64,000 bases of DNA from a virus. Shown here piece by piece: positions 39,234 to 51,800 of the stretch. Below the pieces are notes generated by a model. That model saw only the letters and a list, made by a program, of their open reading frames with translations, ran no database searches and had not been told where the DNA came from. Position 1 is the first letter of the stretch. Each line of letters starts with the position of its first letter. The stretch is taken from the IMG/VR virus record IMGVR_UViG_3300005289_000004, positions 11,641 to 75,640 of that record; one strand, given 5' to 3'. A program made the position numbers and the translations under genes.

Positions 39234-40163
39234 ATGACACGCTCAGAAGAAATTTTAAATGGGTTCAACGAAACTCATAACTACAAATACACCTATCCTA
39301 ATTACGGTGCTAAGAACCTTCAAGAAAAAGTTACAATCGTCTGTCCTGAACACGGAGAGTTTGTTAAGTTCGGATATTGCCATTTGAGAAGAAAGCAAGG
39401 ATGCCCCAAGTGTTCGCACATTGGTTTGTCAAGGTATACAGAAGAGGAGTTCATGGATAGCCTAATTAAAACTCACGGTTATCCGTTACCTTTTGAAATT
39501 TTGTCTCCGTATGTGGGTAATAAGGATGACATTATGATTAAGGATAAGTATGGTATTTGCAAAACTAAACCCTATAACCTTACACGAACCTCTTATGGTT
39601 CCTTACGAACTGCCGTAGATAAAACTGCGTACATGATTGCCAAGTTTAATGAAAAACACAACTTCAAATACACTTACGACAATTTTGTGTACAAAGGTAA
39701 TAGGGTACTAGGTACAGTCACTTGCCCTGAGCATGGGGATTTTGAACAGTTGGTGGATGTACACTTAATGGGTTGTGGATGCCCTAAATGTGCAGACTCT
39801 AATAAGGTAAGCGGCTACGGGAGAAATGATTACATAAGGGTTTGTAAAGAAAGGGAGGCAAGTTTATACATCATATGCTGTTACAGCGAGGATGAGTTCT
39901 TTGTTAAAGTGGGTATTACATCTACAGGAGTGAATAAAAGATTTAGAGACAGAAGTGCGATGCCCTATGAATTTTCTTCATTATTTGAAACTATAGGTGA
40001 TCCTGCTGAAATTTGGGATTTAGAACTGAGCTTGAAAAGAAAATATAAAGGCAATACATACCTGCCACAAGTTTATTTCAAAGGACAGACAGAATGCTTT
40101 ACTTTTGAGACAGCAGAAAAAATGATTGAAGAAATTAAAAATAAATTTGTAAATGCGACATAG
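39234..40163 (+). CDS. Homing endonuclease with CPxHG zinc-ribbon repeats and C-terminal GIY-YIG-like domain
   Basis: Two CPEHGxF..H..G.GCPKC repeats; LYII..FVKVGIT..RF..E..GQTECF. Confidence 0.8.
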   Translation: MTRSEEILNGFNETHNYKYTYPNYGAKNLQEKVTIVCPEHGEFVKFGYCHLRRKQGCPKCSHIGLSRYTEEEFMDSLIKTHGYPLPFEILSPYVGNKDDIMIKDKYGICKTKPYNLTRTSYGSLRTAVDKTAYMIAKFNEKHNFKYTYDNFVYKGNRVLGTVTCPEHGDFEQLVDVHLMGCGCPKCADSNKVSGYGRNDYIRVCKEREASLYIICCYSEDEFFVKVGITSTGVNKRFRDRSAMPYEFSSLFETIGDPAEIWDLELSLKRKYKGNTYLPQVYFKGQTECFTFETAEKMIEEIKNKFVNAT

Positions 40164-40420
40164 ACAAGTTACATTTGATAAACACAACATCCAAAACAAT
40201 TGAAAATGGATAAAATAATAACCAACATGAAATACACACGATACGAAATACAAGAACGCAAGCATAGCTCGAATGTAGTCTTAGGAATATACGAGATTTT
40301 TAACAATCACAAAGGTGAATACGAAGAGCATTCTCAGATTATAGCTATACCTGTTGAACGTAAAGCAGAAGGAGATAAGTTAGCGATATTAATTTGCGAT
40401 ATGTTAAATGGTCAGTTGAA

Positions 40421-41353
40421 ATGAATTACCTAGATACCCAGATTCAATATTACGAAAACGATATACGCAAAACCAAGCCCATCGGAGTTTGTACACTAGG
40501 GCAGTTATTAGCCAGCATACGTAACCCTAAACAGGAAGTCTTAGAAAGGTTCAAGGAGATTGCTAAAGCCAGTTCAGACGGAGATAAGAAGTTGAAAGAC
40601 GAACTTAAATCTAAACTGTGGTATTTTACACCTTGTATATACAGCAAAGGAAACAACAGAACCTACGAAGACATAGATCACTGGACAGCTGTTATGGTTT
40701 TAGATTTTGATAATCTGGAACAAGAGTTAGCGGTTGAATTAAGAGATTGGCTGTTTGAAAATTATTCCTGTGTTGTAGCTAGTATGTTATCTAGTTCCCG
40801 TAAGGGTGTTAAATGTTTTGTGAGGATTCCAGAGGTTATCAGTGTGGAAGAGTTTAAACTGTATTTTTATGGGATAGCTTCTGAGATGCAGTATATTGTC
40901 GGGTTCGACCATACTACTCAAAATAGCGCATTGGCTTTCTACCTCACCTACGACTATGACATAAAGGTTCGGGAAGACGCAACTGAATGGACACAGACAG
41001 GTTATAAGCTAGACGAGTTTAAGCAGTGGGAAGGTGGAGAGATTATACCAATTGACGATGTAACAGAACAAGACAGGGAAGAAATAATAAAACAGCTAAC
41101 CTGTATGTACGCAAATATAACTGATAATGGGCATATTCCAAATCGAAGCGCAGGACTCCTCATGGGGGGTTATATCGGTTCGGGGTACTTTACTTATGAC
41201 GAAGCAGTTGACATACTAGATGAGCTAATTGACAATACAAGCTATCTACAAGCTAAACCAAGAACGTACAAGACCACTACACGACAGATGTTAAAAATTG
41301 GCAGTAAGTCCCCCCTATACCTAACCCGACACGAACACTTATATGAAGCCTAA
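40421..41353 (+). CDS. VirE N-terminal/BT4734-like (primase-fold) protein
   Basis: LKSKLWYFTPC..R..VMVLDFD..SSSRKGVK pattern plus a helical C-terminal domain. Confidence 0.65.
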   Translation: MNYLDTQIQYYENDIRKTKPIGVCTLGQLLASIRNPKQEVLERFKEIAKASSDGDKKLKDELKSKLWYFTPCIYSKGNNRTYEDIDHWTAVMVLDFDNLEQELAVELRDWLFENYSCVVASMLSSSRKGVKCFVRIPEVISVEEFKLYFYGIASEMQYIVGFDHTTQNSALAFYLTYDYDIKVREDATEWTQTGYKLDEFKQWEGGEIIPIDDVTEQDREEIIKQLTCMYANITDNGHIPNRSAGLLMGGYIGSGYFTYDEAVDILDELIDNTSYLQAKPRTYKTTTRQMLKIGSKSPLYLTRHEHLYEA

Positions 41354-41711
41354 CAGATTAAAAGTATACAACAAATACGGAGGAAAGTGCGCTTACTGTG
41401 GTACAGATATACAGTTTAAAGATATGCAGGTTGACCACGTTATACCTCAATGGAGAGGTGGTAGCCATAGCAGAGCAATTCCTGTAGACGAAATACACTG
41501 TGAAGACAACTACATGCCTAGCTGTAGATCGTGTAACAACTACAAATCAGGGAATCCGTTAGAAGTTTTTAGAAAATCTATAGAGAACCAGATTGAAATA
41601 TTAAGAAGAGACAGGCCAACTTTCAGACTAGCTGAGAGATATGGACTAATTGAATGCAAACCTAAACCTGTAATATTTTACTATGAAGGATATACCACAA
41701 CAATTCCTTAA
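41343..41711 (+). CDS. HNH endonuclease
   Basis: CAYCG..VDHVIP..GG..N..PSCRSCNNYK. Confidence 0.9.
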   Translation: MKPNRLKVYNKYGGKCAYCGTDIQFKDMQVDHVIPQWRGGSHSRAIPVDEIHCEDNYMPSCRSCNNYKSGNPLEVFRKSIENQIEILRRDRPTFRLAERYGLIECKPKPVIFYYEGYTTTIP

Positions 41712-41756
41712 AAAGGATGTAAAGATTAAATTTAAACCTTACTGTAACAAAACGAC

Positions 41757-44700
41757 ATGGAACATAATTATCACGAACAGGAAAATGAATGGGTCAGAGA
41801 TAGCTTCGACCTAGAGAAGTTAATAGAATTTACTTCAAAGCATAAAGTAGAGGTACTTATGGGGGCTAGCTTTCAATATGAAGCCTACGTAGATTACAAA
41901 GAGGGGGACGGTTGTTATGGAACAGGGCTTACAATTCTAGGTGCAATAGTCACAGCTATAAAGACTTTTGAAAATAAATATCAGTAATTATTTGGAAGTT
42001 AAAAAATAAGTATATACCTTAGACTTATGAAGAGCAACACAAACGAAAAGGCACAGAGTGCTGAGGAAATACTTAAATCATTCATGGCTGAATGCGATAC
42101 TTACTATGCAGACAGTAATGGTAATGGTTATGTAGACGCATCAAATCACTCTGTATTAAAAGCTATGGAGAACTACGCTCAATCCAGCATCTCCCAACTC
42201 GAAACCGACCTTGCTAAATCGCAGGAACGCATAGCACAACTGGAAGCTAAGTGCCAAAGGTATGAGGAGGCTTTTAATAGGATAAACAACATGAAGTCAG
42301 ATAATAGTAGATCAACAGGTAATCGTTTTTTAATAGCAACCGAATTATCAGAACAAGCACTAAAAACAACAAGAGATGAGCAAATTTAAAATAGTAACCC
42401 TAAAAGGCAATATTGAAAATATACCAGCTAAAAGTATAATTGATGCGGTGAATAGGTTCTACAAAGACCCAAGCACATCTGAACAGACAATAAAATCAGT
42501 CACGTTAATTGAAGAGGCTAAAAAAGAAAAGTCCACTTTGATATTAAAATTCGGTGGTATTAAGGGTGGAGATTATACAGGTAGCCCAGAAGCACTTAAA
42601 TTAAGTGATGAGCTAAACACCATCTATGACGATTTGGAACGAAAGAGAAAAGAGTGTGAAATTATAGACGTATATAACGGCAACTTTCTAATTTGGTGGG
42701 GACAAGTAAAGGCCTCTAAAGAACAAGCAAAAGAGTACATCATGAATTATGAAAGTAAAGTTTAACCCCAAAAGACTGAAAGATGAAAACAATTAGAAGT
42801 TACTTAGCAGAACTTACTCAGGCGTATAGCGGAGTAGATGCAATCACAAAGAACATACTTGATGTATGTGAAGAACAGGCAAAGTACGGTCACAAGTACC
42901 ACAGGCACTCTGTACACAAATCCCGTACAGAAGAAGTAGTCAGTTATTTAGTTACAGTAGGTAAGCTGGACGTAGAGGTTTTACATAATAACGATAACTC
43001 AGACTGCGACCTAATTGAGGTGAGTTGGGACGGAGGTAGTGATGTATAACAGCGAGAAACTTACAAAGATACTGTTGGAATGCTATATTGAAGCCTATAA
43101 ATTTATTGGAGTAAACTTCCATGAGATAGATAAAAAGGAAGACTTCTTTCTTGACTACGAGTTGTGTGATTCAGAGCAAGAGAAGATCATCAACAGGGTT
43201 ATTAACAAACACAAGCTAAAGTCTTACGAGAGACAGTGTATTAAAAATAGTTATTGGCTCGGCTGTTCACCAGCTAGCACTAAGATGACAAGAAATGAAA
43301 AAGAGTAGTAGAGATAGAAGAGTTCAACTAAGAGCTAAGAAACGTTATGGCTTAAAAGATGGAGTCAAAATGTATAGGTATGGATATAAGAACAAAAAAG
43401 GTAATAAGTATGATGGGTCTAAAATTCCTAACCTGTTTATTATACTGCAAGAGCAGCAGATGTGGGATGACATCGATAGGACGAGGATAGAAAATCCTTG
43501 GTTAGCACAGTTAGCAACAAAAGGAAGTGGGGTTATAGGTAAGTCCATGTTTACATCAACTGTAGAAGAAGGGGTAAGTTGTTACAGAACCGTTTGGGAA
43601 GATGGCGATGATAATAAAGAAAATGGTTTGTATCGTTATTTTATCCCACACAGCGAACTGTATAGTAGAGAGTACATTGTAAGTTTAAGGGAAGAATTTA
43701 AAGATAAGGATTGTGAACCAGCGCCAGAACGTAGAAAATCACCAAGATGAAAAAGAGTAAGCCACAACTTATAAACCAGTTTCACCACACTGAGAATATT
43801 GTAATCGATACGTGGGGAGGAGACTGTATAGCAGTACACGTAGGAGAAGACATCAAAGAACTTTGCGATCATTTCTGTGATTTTTACAAGTTACCAGATA
43901 ATTACCGTATTACTTCTCACACTGTGCAAGGTACGTTTGTGTGGGTTGAAGAGAAACATCATCAGTCTTATAACCTTTTTGTGCAGTTTAATTTTTCATC
44001 AGATAGAGTTTTAATCCACGAGTGTCTACATATCGTCCATAGGATACTAAAGAATAAAGGTATGAAGCTAACTGATTCGTCTGAGGAGGCTTACTGTTAT
44101 CTGCTGGACTATTTGTTCAATGAAGTACAAAGTATCGTTAAACGGGCTAAAATTGAGTTTAAAAAGTATAAGAAGAATGAGAGTACCAAGAAAGCTAAAG
44201 AAGAAAATACCTAATGGTATGTATTGTTACACAGGTATAGGTTGGAAAGGCAACTACTATCTAGTTAAACCTTGTCCACTGTTTAATCGTGCTAATAATG
44301 GTGAATGGTACTGCAAACTATTCAACAAAGCTACGGATAATGTAGAGTGGGATATATTGTTAAGTGACCAATGTAAGGTTTGTGGAATTAAAAATAATTG
44401 GAAATGAAAGATCAAGAAATAGTAATAGAGCTAAACGACTACCATTATACTTGTGGAGATGGCTGTTGTGATAATTATGGTACAGTTATTAAAGTGGACG
44501 GTGAAGAGTTAGAAGGTAGAAATACTGATGCAGGAGCTATTCTAAAAGAAGTGCTAACCCACTTAGGTTATACAAAAGTTAAAGTAATTATAGATGGAGA
44601 AGGATACTACTAAGATTGAAGAGATTAAGCAGTTTCTTTACGAAGAGATTATACATCGAAGACAATACAGCGCATCCAAGTCATTTGAAGTTGTTCTGCA

Positions 44701-46892
44701 ATTTATAGAAGAGTTGGAACAAGGTAAAACCTGTAAGAAGGTAAGGACACCCGTTCAAATTGTAACGGACAGGATAAATGCTATCCAGAGTAAAATATCC
44801 ACTTACAGAAGTCACTTGTTGAAACTTGGTGCGCAAGGTCAGTTTTATCAATATACGTACTCTCAGATTATAGCTTTGAACTGTGCTAAACTAGAAGAAT
44901 TAAGAATTGTAAAAAATAAATTGCATAATACTTGCAAGTCTGAAAAATAATACTGTACTTAGCAGAATGAAAAAGACAACAAGCATGGAAGGAGTTACGA
45001 CTCTTTATATAACCAGAGATGAATGGCACTTTGGTTACAAGACAATTATTTCAGAGTTAAATGTAGATGATATTGTAATATTTACAGACAGTAAGGAGAT
45101 AATGGTTGTGGAGCAAGTAAAACAACTAAAGAGGATATGAGTAAGTTACGAAGACAACCATTAACTAAAGAGCGTGCTAGGAAGATAGGAATGTCATTTA
45201 GACATATGTATGTACTAAGTGTGCTAATGGAGTTAGAATATATGGAACATTGTGATGTCAACCTGAAACATCCTACGATACATCAGAAGCTAAGTCGCAT
45301 TAAAAGCGATTTACAGGACGTACAGAAGCATCACGCATTAGTGTTGGATGGAAAGGATGTTGAAACTATTTTAGAGCCTATACACCATCTAAATGAGGTT
45401 ATAAAAGTTCTGTTGGAATTAGAGCCAAATCAGATCGAAGCATTCAGTCAAGGTTTAAGTAAAATGATAAACGATGGAAAATAAAAAAGGGAGAATTGAT
45501 GCAGGTGGAATAGCAGTCCTTCTGCTGTGTCTAGGATTAGTTGTAATTATGGTATGGCAGTTCTTTTTAACAGCAATTAAAGAAAAAACAGCTCTTTGTA
45601 AGTGCAAGACAAGTCAAGAGATAATTTTGTTACACGAAAAAAGAAGTCGGTTTATTGACGCACTCGAATATCCGAACCACCAGCTAACCAAGAAAGAGAA
45701 GGATAGCATTATTGATTCAGTTACACACTATACAAATTTACTAAGATGAAAGACAAGCTAATTATAGGTAAGACTTATCAGATAGACGAAACCTACACTG
45801 GCGTACTTAAAGAAATTGACAGCCGCGGTTATCCACTGTTCGATATGATTAGGAACCCATATTACAAAGTAAACGAGAATGGTTTGACTCCGTTCGGAAC
45901 TAAGAACTTTAAACTTGTAAATGATGAACCGAGAACTACATCCTAAGCTAACCGCAGAACAAACAGGTAAGACAGTAACCTATTTCCTAAAAGATGGAGC
46001 AACTTGGAACTGCACTGAGAACGACCTGATTGAATACATAGAAAAGAACAACTTAAATGTAGATGAGATATTCAGTCATAACGAAGACCCAGAGGGACAA
46101 GCTAACCCTGCATACGATGTAATGGCCATAGTAACGAAAGACCCACAGGATATTCTTACGGATGATTGGGAAATGATAACAATTCAATATTACAAAGATA
46201 AATTTAGATTGAGATGAAAATACAACTTGAACAAATAGGAGATCAGTTCTGTATATCAATTAAGGACGGTTGGTTTGGCGATAAGAAATATATAGATATA
46301 CGAGACCCTCAATATAAATGGTATAGAACAGACACGTATTTTAAACATTGCTTATCAACAAAAGATAAAGTAGAAGAATTATATAATCTTATAACTTCAA
46401 AAGGAAAAGTTATTAAATCAACAACATTATGAAAATTAAATTAGAACTATGGAACCAATAAGATTACCACAAGGAACATACTCTCAATACTATGTAACAA
46501 ATAACGGAAGTGTAGTAAAAAGATACGGAGAACAATTTGTATTCGTAACTAACACAATTGACGATGAGAGAATAGGTAGTTACGTTTACTACAATAAACG
46601 GTTAAAGCACATATCAGGTAATCATATAGAGCAAAACTCTGGGTACAACATAAACTACCCATGTGATTATCTATCAGATAGAATACTACAACCCTACTGT
46701 AACATTAAAATAGGACAAGAGTTTACTATAGATGAATATGTACCTAGAACTACGTTAGGAGAGACTTACTATGTAGAATCAATAAAGATAACAAAAGATT
46801 ACTATGAAATAGAGTTTTATAATGATCGAGGGCAAATATCTGCTATATACGATTTAAGTATAGTTACCCTAAGGCAACAGGAGGAAAAATAA
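41757..46892 (+). CDS. Run of about 17 small hypothetical middle genes
   Basis: Tightly packed plus-strand ORFs, including 44967..45140 that is absent from the ORF track. Confidence 0.55.
43747..44214 (+). CDS. HExxH zincin-like protein, paralog of 33841..34203
   Basis: VLIHECLH...SEEAYCYL. Confidence 0.6.
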   Translation: MKKSKPQLINQFHHTENIVIDTWGGDCIAVHVGEDIKELCDHFCDFYKLPDNYRITSHTVQGTFVWVEEKHHQSYNLFVQFNFSSDRVLIHECLHIVHRILKNKGMKLTDSSEEAYCYLLDYLFNEVQSIVKRAKIEFKKYKKNESTKKAKEENT

Positions 46893-47143
46893 TTCCAAAA
46901 AAATTTTATATAAGTGTCTGTTGGGGACTATCCCATATATTAAGCGACTCCCGTATCAATGGGGGCAAGTAGGGGCGGCCTCTTCAATCTCAATCTCAAG
47001 TCGGATAAACATTACCTAAGCTACCCGTATCAAGCTATATAAGGGCAATGGCAAGTCTAAAGCTATCCAGATAATACATTATACATCTGATCTTAGATCG
47101 TTGCGTGTTGGCTTTCTTATTGTGCTGTATTGAGGGGGAAATG

Positions 47144-47602
47144 TTATTCGTTCTCACCTTGCAGTTTGATTAACAATGCTAATCCATCAGTCTTTAATAC
47201 TTGCGCTCTAGTCTTTCTATCTCCTTTCCAAAATACATGCGGATTGATCGTATAGTTCCCAAAGCTACCAGTAATTAAACCTTTCTTAATAAGGCTCTTT
47301 ATATTCTTACTGATGTTGGTCAACCCTATATTCAACTCTTTACATATCTCTATACGTGATGCTGTGGTTAGCTGTACAACTCCTGTATTGTACTCAGCTA
47401 CTTCGCAGAACTTTACCAATAACTTTAAGTCGGATAGCTTAGTAAGTCCGTACAATGAACTGATAAACTTTGTGTACGTCATAAAGAACTCCTCTGTTTC
47501 TATCTTAACATTAAACTGTTTGGTTGTTTCGATCAACCTTACTTCTCCTGTTTCGTAATCTACTGTTTCTGTGGTCTGTGATTGTGTTGTGAACTTTGCC
47601 AT
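47144..47602 (-). CDS. repL: RepL-like replication initiator (HTH)
   Basis: VDYETGEV N-terminus, HTH (ICKELNIGLTNISKNIKSLIKKGLI), YTINPHVFWKGD. Confidence 0.75.
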   Translation of the reverse strand: MAKFTTQSQTTETVDYETGEVRLIETTKQFNVKIETEEFFMTYTKFISSLYGLTKLSDLKLLVKFCEVAEYNTGVVQLTTASRIEICKELNIGLTNISKNIKSLIKKGLITGSFGNYTINPHVFWKGDRKTRAQVLKTDGLALLIKLQGENE

Positions 47603-47633
47603 AATGCTTTGCTAATTTATTTAGTAACAAAGA

Positions 47634-47756
47634 TACTACTAAATAGTACGTGTATTTACTAAGGGTTAGTAAGCGGTTTACTATTCTCTAGTATTTAAAT
47701 ACTAATAATTCGGTGTAGAATACTAATCTCTAGTACTACGTTACTAATGGGTATCA
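47634..47756. repeat. Iteron-like array TACTA-N5-TAGTA
   Basis: Copies start at 47634, 47657, 47679, 47700, 47721, 47742 (four perfect palindromes, two half-degenerate), period 21-23 bp. Confidence 0.8.
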
Positions 47757-48821
47757 TTCATTTAGTTGTAATACAGGCAGTTATAAAACCTCTCTATCTT
47801 ATCTAATTAGGTATTATTTATTAATGCTAGGTTGTTGGTTCACTTTTCTGAACCTGTTGAAATCCTTACTGTACACTAAGCTACTAACAGTTTCTTTTAT
47901 TCATGCGGTGTAGCATACGTACTCACGATAGTTTAAATGCGGTTTATGAAAAGCTGTGAAGAGGTCAGTTTTAGCTAGTAATTTACACTAAGTAGGGTAT
48001 TTTAGCTGTTTTATAGTGGGATTTGGGGAAATTTGATGTGTAATGTGTGCATGAGAGACGAATAGTGCCTTTGTCCTTATCTCCCTTATCACTATTTGAA
48101 GCTATCCTAATCTATTGTATTACCTATTTAAACCCCCACATCGTCACTTTGTCCATGCATTTGTCTATGCTCCCACTTTAAACCGTCCTCTTTACCTATC
48201 TGTATTCATGCTGGCTGTCTTACTTACGTATGTTAGGCTTATCCCCTTTTATTCTCTGGTTAGCTTAGCACGTGTAATTATAGAAGATTCGTTCTAATTT
48301 CGGGATTATAGTCTGTTTGTTCTATATTATGTTGAGGTGTACTATTCAGCTAGTACAGTTAGTAGTCATTCTGTTTAAACATGTAATCATTTGGTTACCT
48401 ATTCCTTAACTGTTATGTTGTATACATAGGTTATTACTATTATCAGTTGGTTAGCTTATAAGGTGCAATGTTATTCGGTTAGCTATTCACTTAAAATTAT
48501 TATCTCTCATTTTCAGACAGTTACATTTTATTTGAAAATATTTATTGCTATTTGTTTGGTTTGCCTAATAATCCTTTGTATGTTTGTTATGTCGTTAGTG
48601 ATTAACGCAATCAGATAGGCAACTGTAAAGGTCATTCCGCAAAGCTAGGGTAATAATATAGCATAAGGTAAAGCATACCGACTGTACAAATGCATCTTCG
48701 TGTAATGTAGCTTAGTTAACTAATATGGTTAGCTGATCAGTTCAAAGCCTGAGAAAGTAATTACAGTTTTGTAATGAACAAATACAGATGACACAAACAG
48801 AAACTTTTAAACTTAAATATT

Positions 48822-51800
48822 ATGAGAGAATTAACAGTAACACAACAGTCTTTTAACAGTATGTTATTAGGCTTGATACAATCAGGTGTAACATTTGAAG
48901 CTACTGAACAACCAAACGGTACAATATTAATCACATTCACAGGAGGGTATTAAAATGCAAGACAAATGGTTTTTATACGCACTCGTTGCTATGGGTGTTA
49001 TAGCTTTAATAATATTATCCACACTTTAAATTATACAGTTATGAATACACTGGAATTTTTATCTAAGGCAGAATCGATGTACTTAGACTACGTTAACAAC
49101 TTCATTACACTTGAAGGATTTGCAAGTCACTACGCAATTAGTATCGGGTTAGCTATTGAACTAATAAACTTTGGCAGAGTAGTATTTGAATCAAGTGAAT
49201 ACGAACGTAACACAGACCTTTAATTTTAAAACTATGAATACTCAAATTGAATTTACCCGCATTAACAACGACACAAACGGCAATCCTAGGTATGTGTGTC
49301 ACTTCTTAAATCTGTTAAATAGTAAAGAGCAGGTTGTAATAGCTGCTAAAGCTAAACCATTTCAATCTATACCTGATATGTACAGGGAGGCAGTTAACAA
49401 AGCACGTGCAATAGGTGGTAAGAAATTCCACAACAAACAATACGGAGGTGGTATAGTATTTCAGTCTTACAGCATTCAACAAACAGAGAAAGATATTTTA
49501 AACCTTGTAAATAGCTAGAAAATGGAAGTAGTTTATATAGCAACCTACAAAAAAGATAACGGATATATCAACACTGTACAGTTTGCAGACTTCAATGAAA
49601 TGGTTGAATACCTAGAGACGTACAGAGACTGTAAAGTAATAATAACCACTATTTACATTTAACAATTACAAACATGAAAACTACAGCAATACAACAACAG
49701 TTAATTAACCATCTTGAAGCAGGATTTTTAGTTAGCAAAAAAGAACAAGATAATTTGTTCAAAATACTAAACGGCTCTAACACTGAACTAATAGACAAAT
49801 TAAAAGAACTGTTAAATGAAAGTGAGGGTATTAGTTTATCTGATGAACATAGCAATCAGGGCAAAGACTGGCTTTTAAATCTTTGGAAGTCACTAACAGG
49901 TAAAGAGCGTAAAAACAATCCATTTGGGTACAGAGAGCAGGAAATATTGACAGATTTTAGTCACTGCGAATTGGCAGGTTATTATAACGGTGGTAATAGG
50001 TATATGAACTACTACATTCCTTTGTATGACGTTGTAAGTAATGACGGCAGTAGTTTTCAATACTACATGCAAGGTGGTGAAATTAGTATAGTAGGGTAAC
50101 ATACCAAAACAAATAGAAAGTGTCTAAAATCGGCTAATAATAACCTTAAATCAAAGAATATGAAAACTAAAGAACAAAAAATAGCAGAACTATATAGTAA
50201 CATTGAATTGAACTATAAATTAATAGATGCTATTGTTGACTTGCAAGATGCGGGTTTTGGTAGTAGTGCATTATCACTAGCTCAAGACGAGGCAAATATG
50301 AGAGTTTCAATTAATCAAGAATGCTTAAAAGAACACGAATAACAATCCCTTCCCTGTCTACAGATTTAAATAGCTTGTAACTATTCAGGGAACTAAACTT
50401 AAACAAAATAACATCATGTATTTAACAGAAAAACAAATCAATAGAGTTGCTATAGTGGGTAGCTTTATTATAATCTCTCTAGTAGTATACGCCTTAACAA
50501 AAGGTAATGTGTCTAATCTTTCAACTATAGGATATTAGGTTATGACAAACAGCCAATTTACTATTACCTTAGCATTAGGTCTCTTGCTAGGTATTCTAAT
50601 AACAGTATTAACTTATTCATTATTTAATGTATGAAAACATTAACATTAAACCCTAAAAACTATAAGGTAGGTGATACCATTAAGTTTAGTACAATTACTA
50701 GGTCAGGAAAAGAGACTGTTAAACGGAAGATTGTTTCTATTGATAGCTTTGGTTTAGGTGTAAGATACAACGGTTGGAATCCCTATTACTTAAATAACCC
50801 GATGTTAGATAAAATTATTGAACATATAAAATTATAATTGTTATGAAAACAAACAACAAGAAAGAGGTGATAGCTACGGCCATAGCGTTTGTAGTTATCA
50901 TGAACATGTGTATAGGGTTTACAATAGTAATAGCCCTAACTGATGTGTACACAGTAGAATGCTGGTTAGCTTTGGTATTCAGTGTAGGTATTCTTATACT
51001 GGTAGGTCTTAAACTGGTAGCTGATATGGTAGAATATGAAATAAATAAACAACTTGAATTATAATTGGTAAATTCAAAAGGAGAATTAACTATGAAAAAG
51101 AAAACAATTATACTACAGCTACTGACTGTAGATTTTGAGAATCCTAATTATGGCAGCAATTGTGACTGTCCTGTAGGTAAAGCATGTGCTAGGCAATTAG
51201 GGCTTAACAGGGACGATATTATAGAGTGTGTTGATTGGGTTTATCTAGGTTACGATTTAGACCGATACGACCACGAAGTTTACGGTTTAGATAAGTTTAA
51301 TGCAGACGTTAAGCTAGCCGAACAAAAAGAACCAAACACAGTAATTAGAACACTTACCTTAACTAAAGCATAACATGTATTTACAAACAGAAATACCGAC
51401 ACGTGGTAGCTGGGTAGCTTGGTTAGCCACGATGATAGTTGGAGAGGTTAAAGTAGCTGACCCAAAAGACAGGAATAGAATAGCCACAAGTATTAGCAGT
51501 GCTTTTCATAAAAAGAAGCTGGCTAGGTTTACTATTAAAATTAACAAAAACGACCGTTCAGAATTACATATTACGAGAATCGCATGAGACTGCCTGAAAT
51601 GGTTGCATTAGCGCAACAAGGGGTAAAAATGACCCATAGATATTTTAGTGAAAATGAGTGGTTAGTTATGCAGGGCAACTTAGTTGTGTTTGAAGATGGA
51701 GTTAAGATATTCCTGTCTGAATGGATAACTAATAAAGAGTGGTTAAACGATGGTTGGTCTAAATTTGAAGAGTTATGAAAAGTGTAAATTTCAAAGTAGT

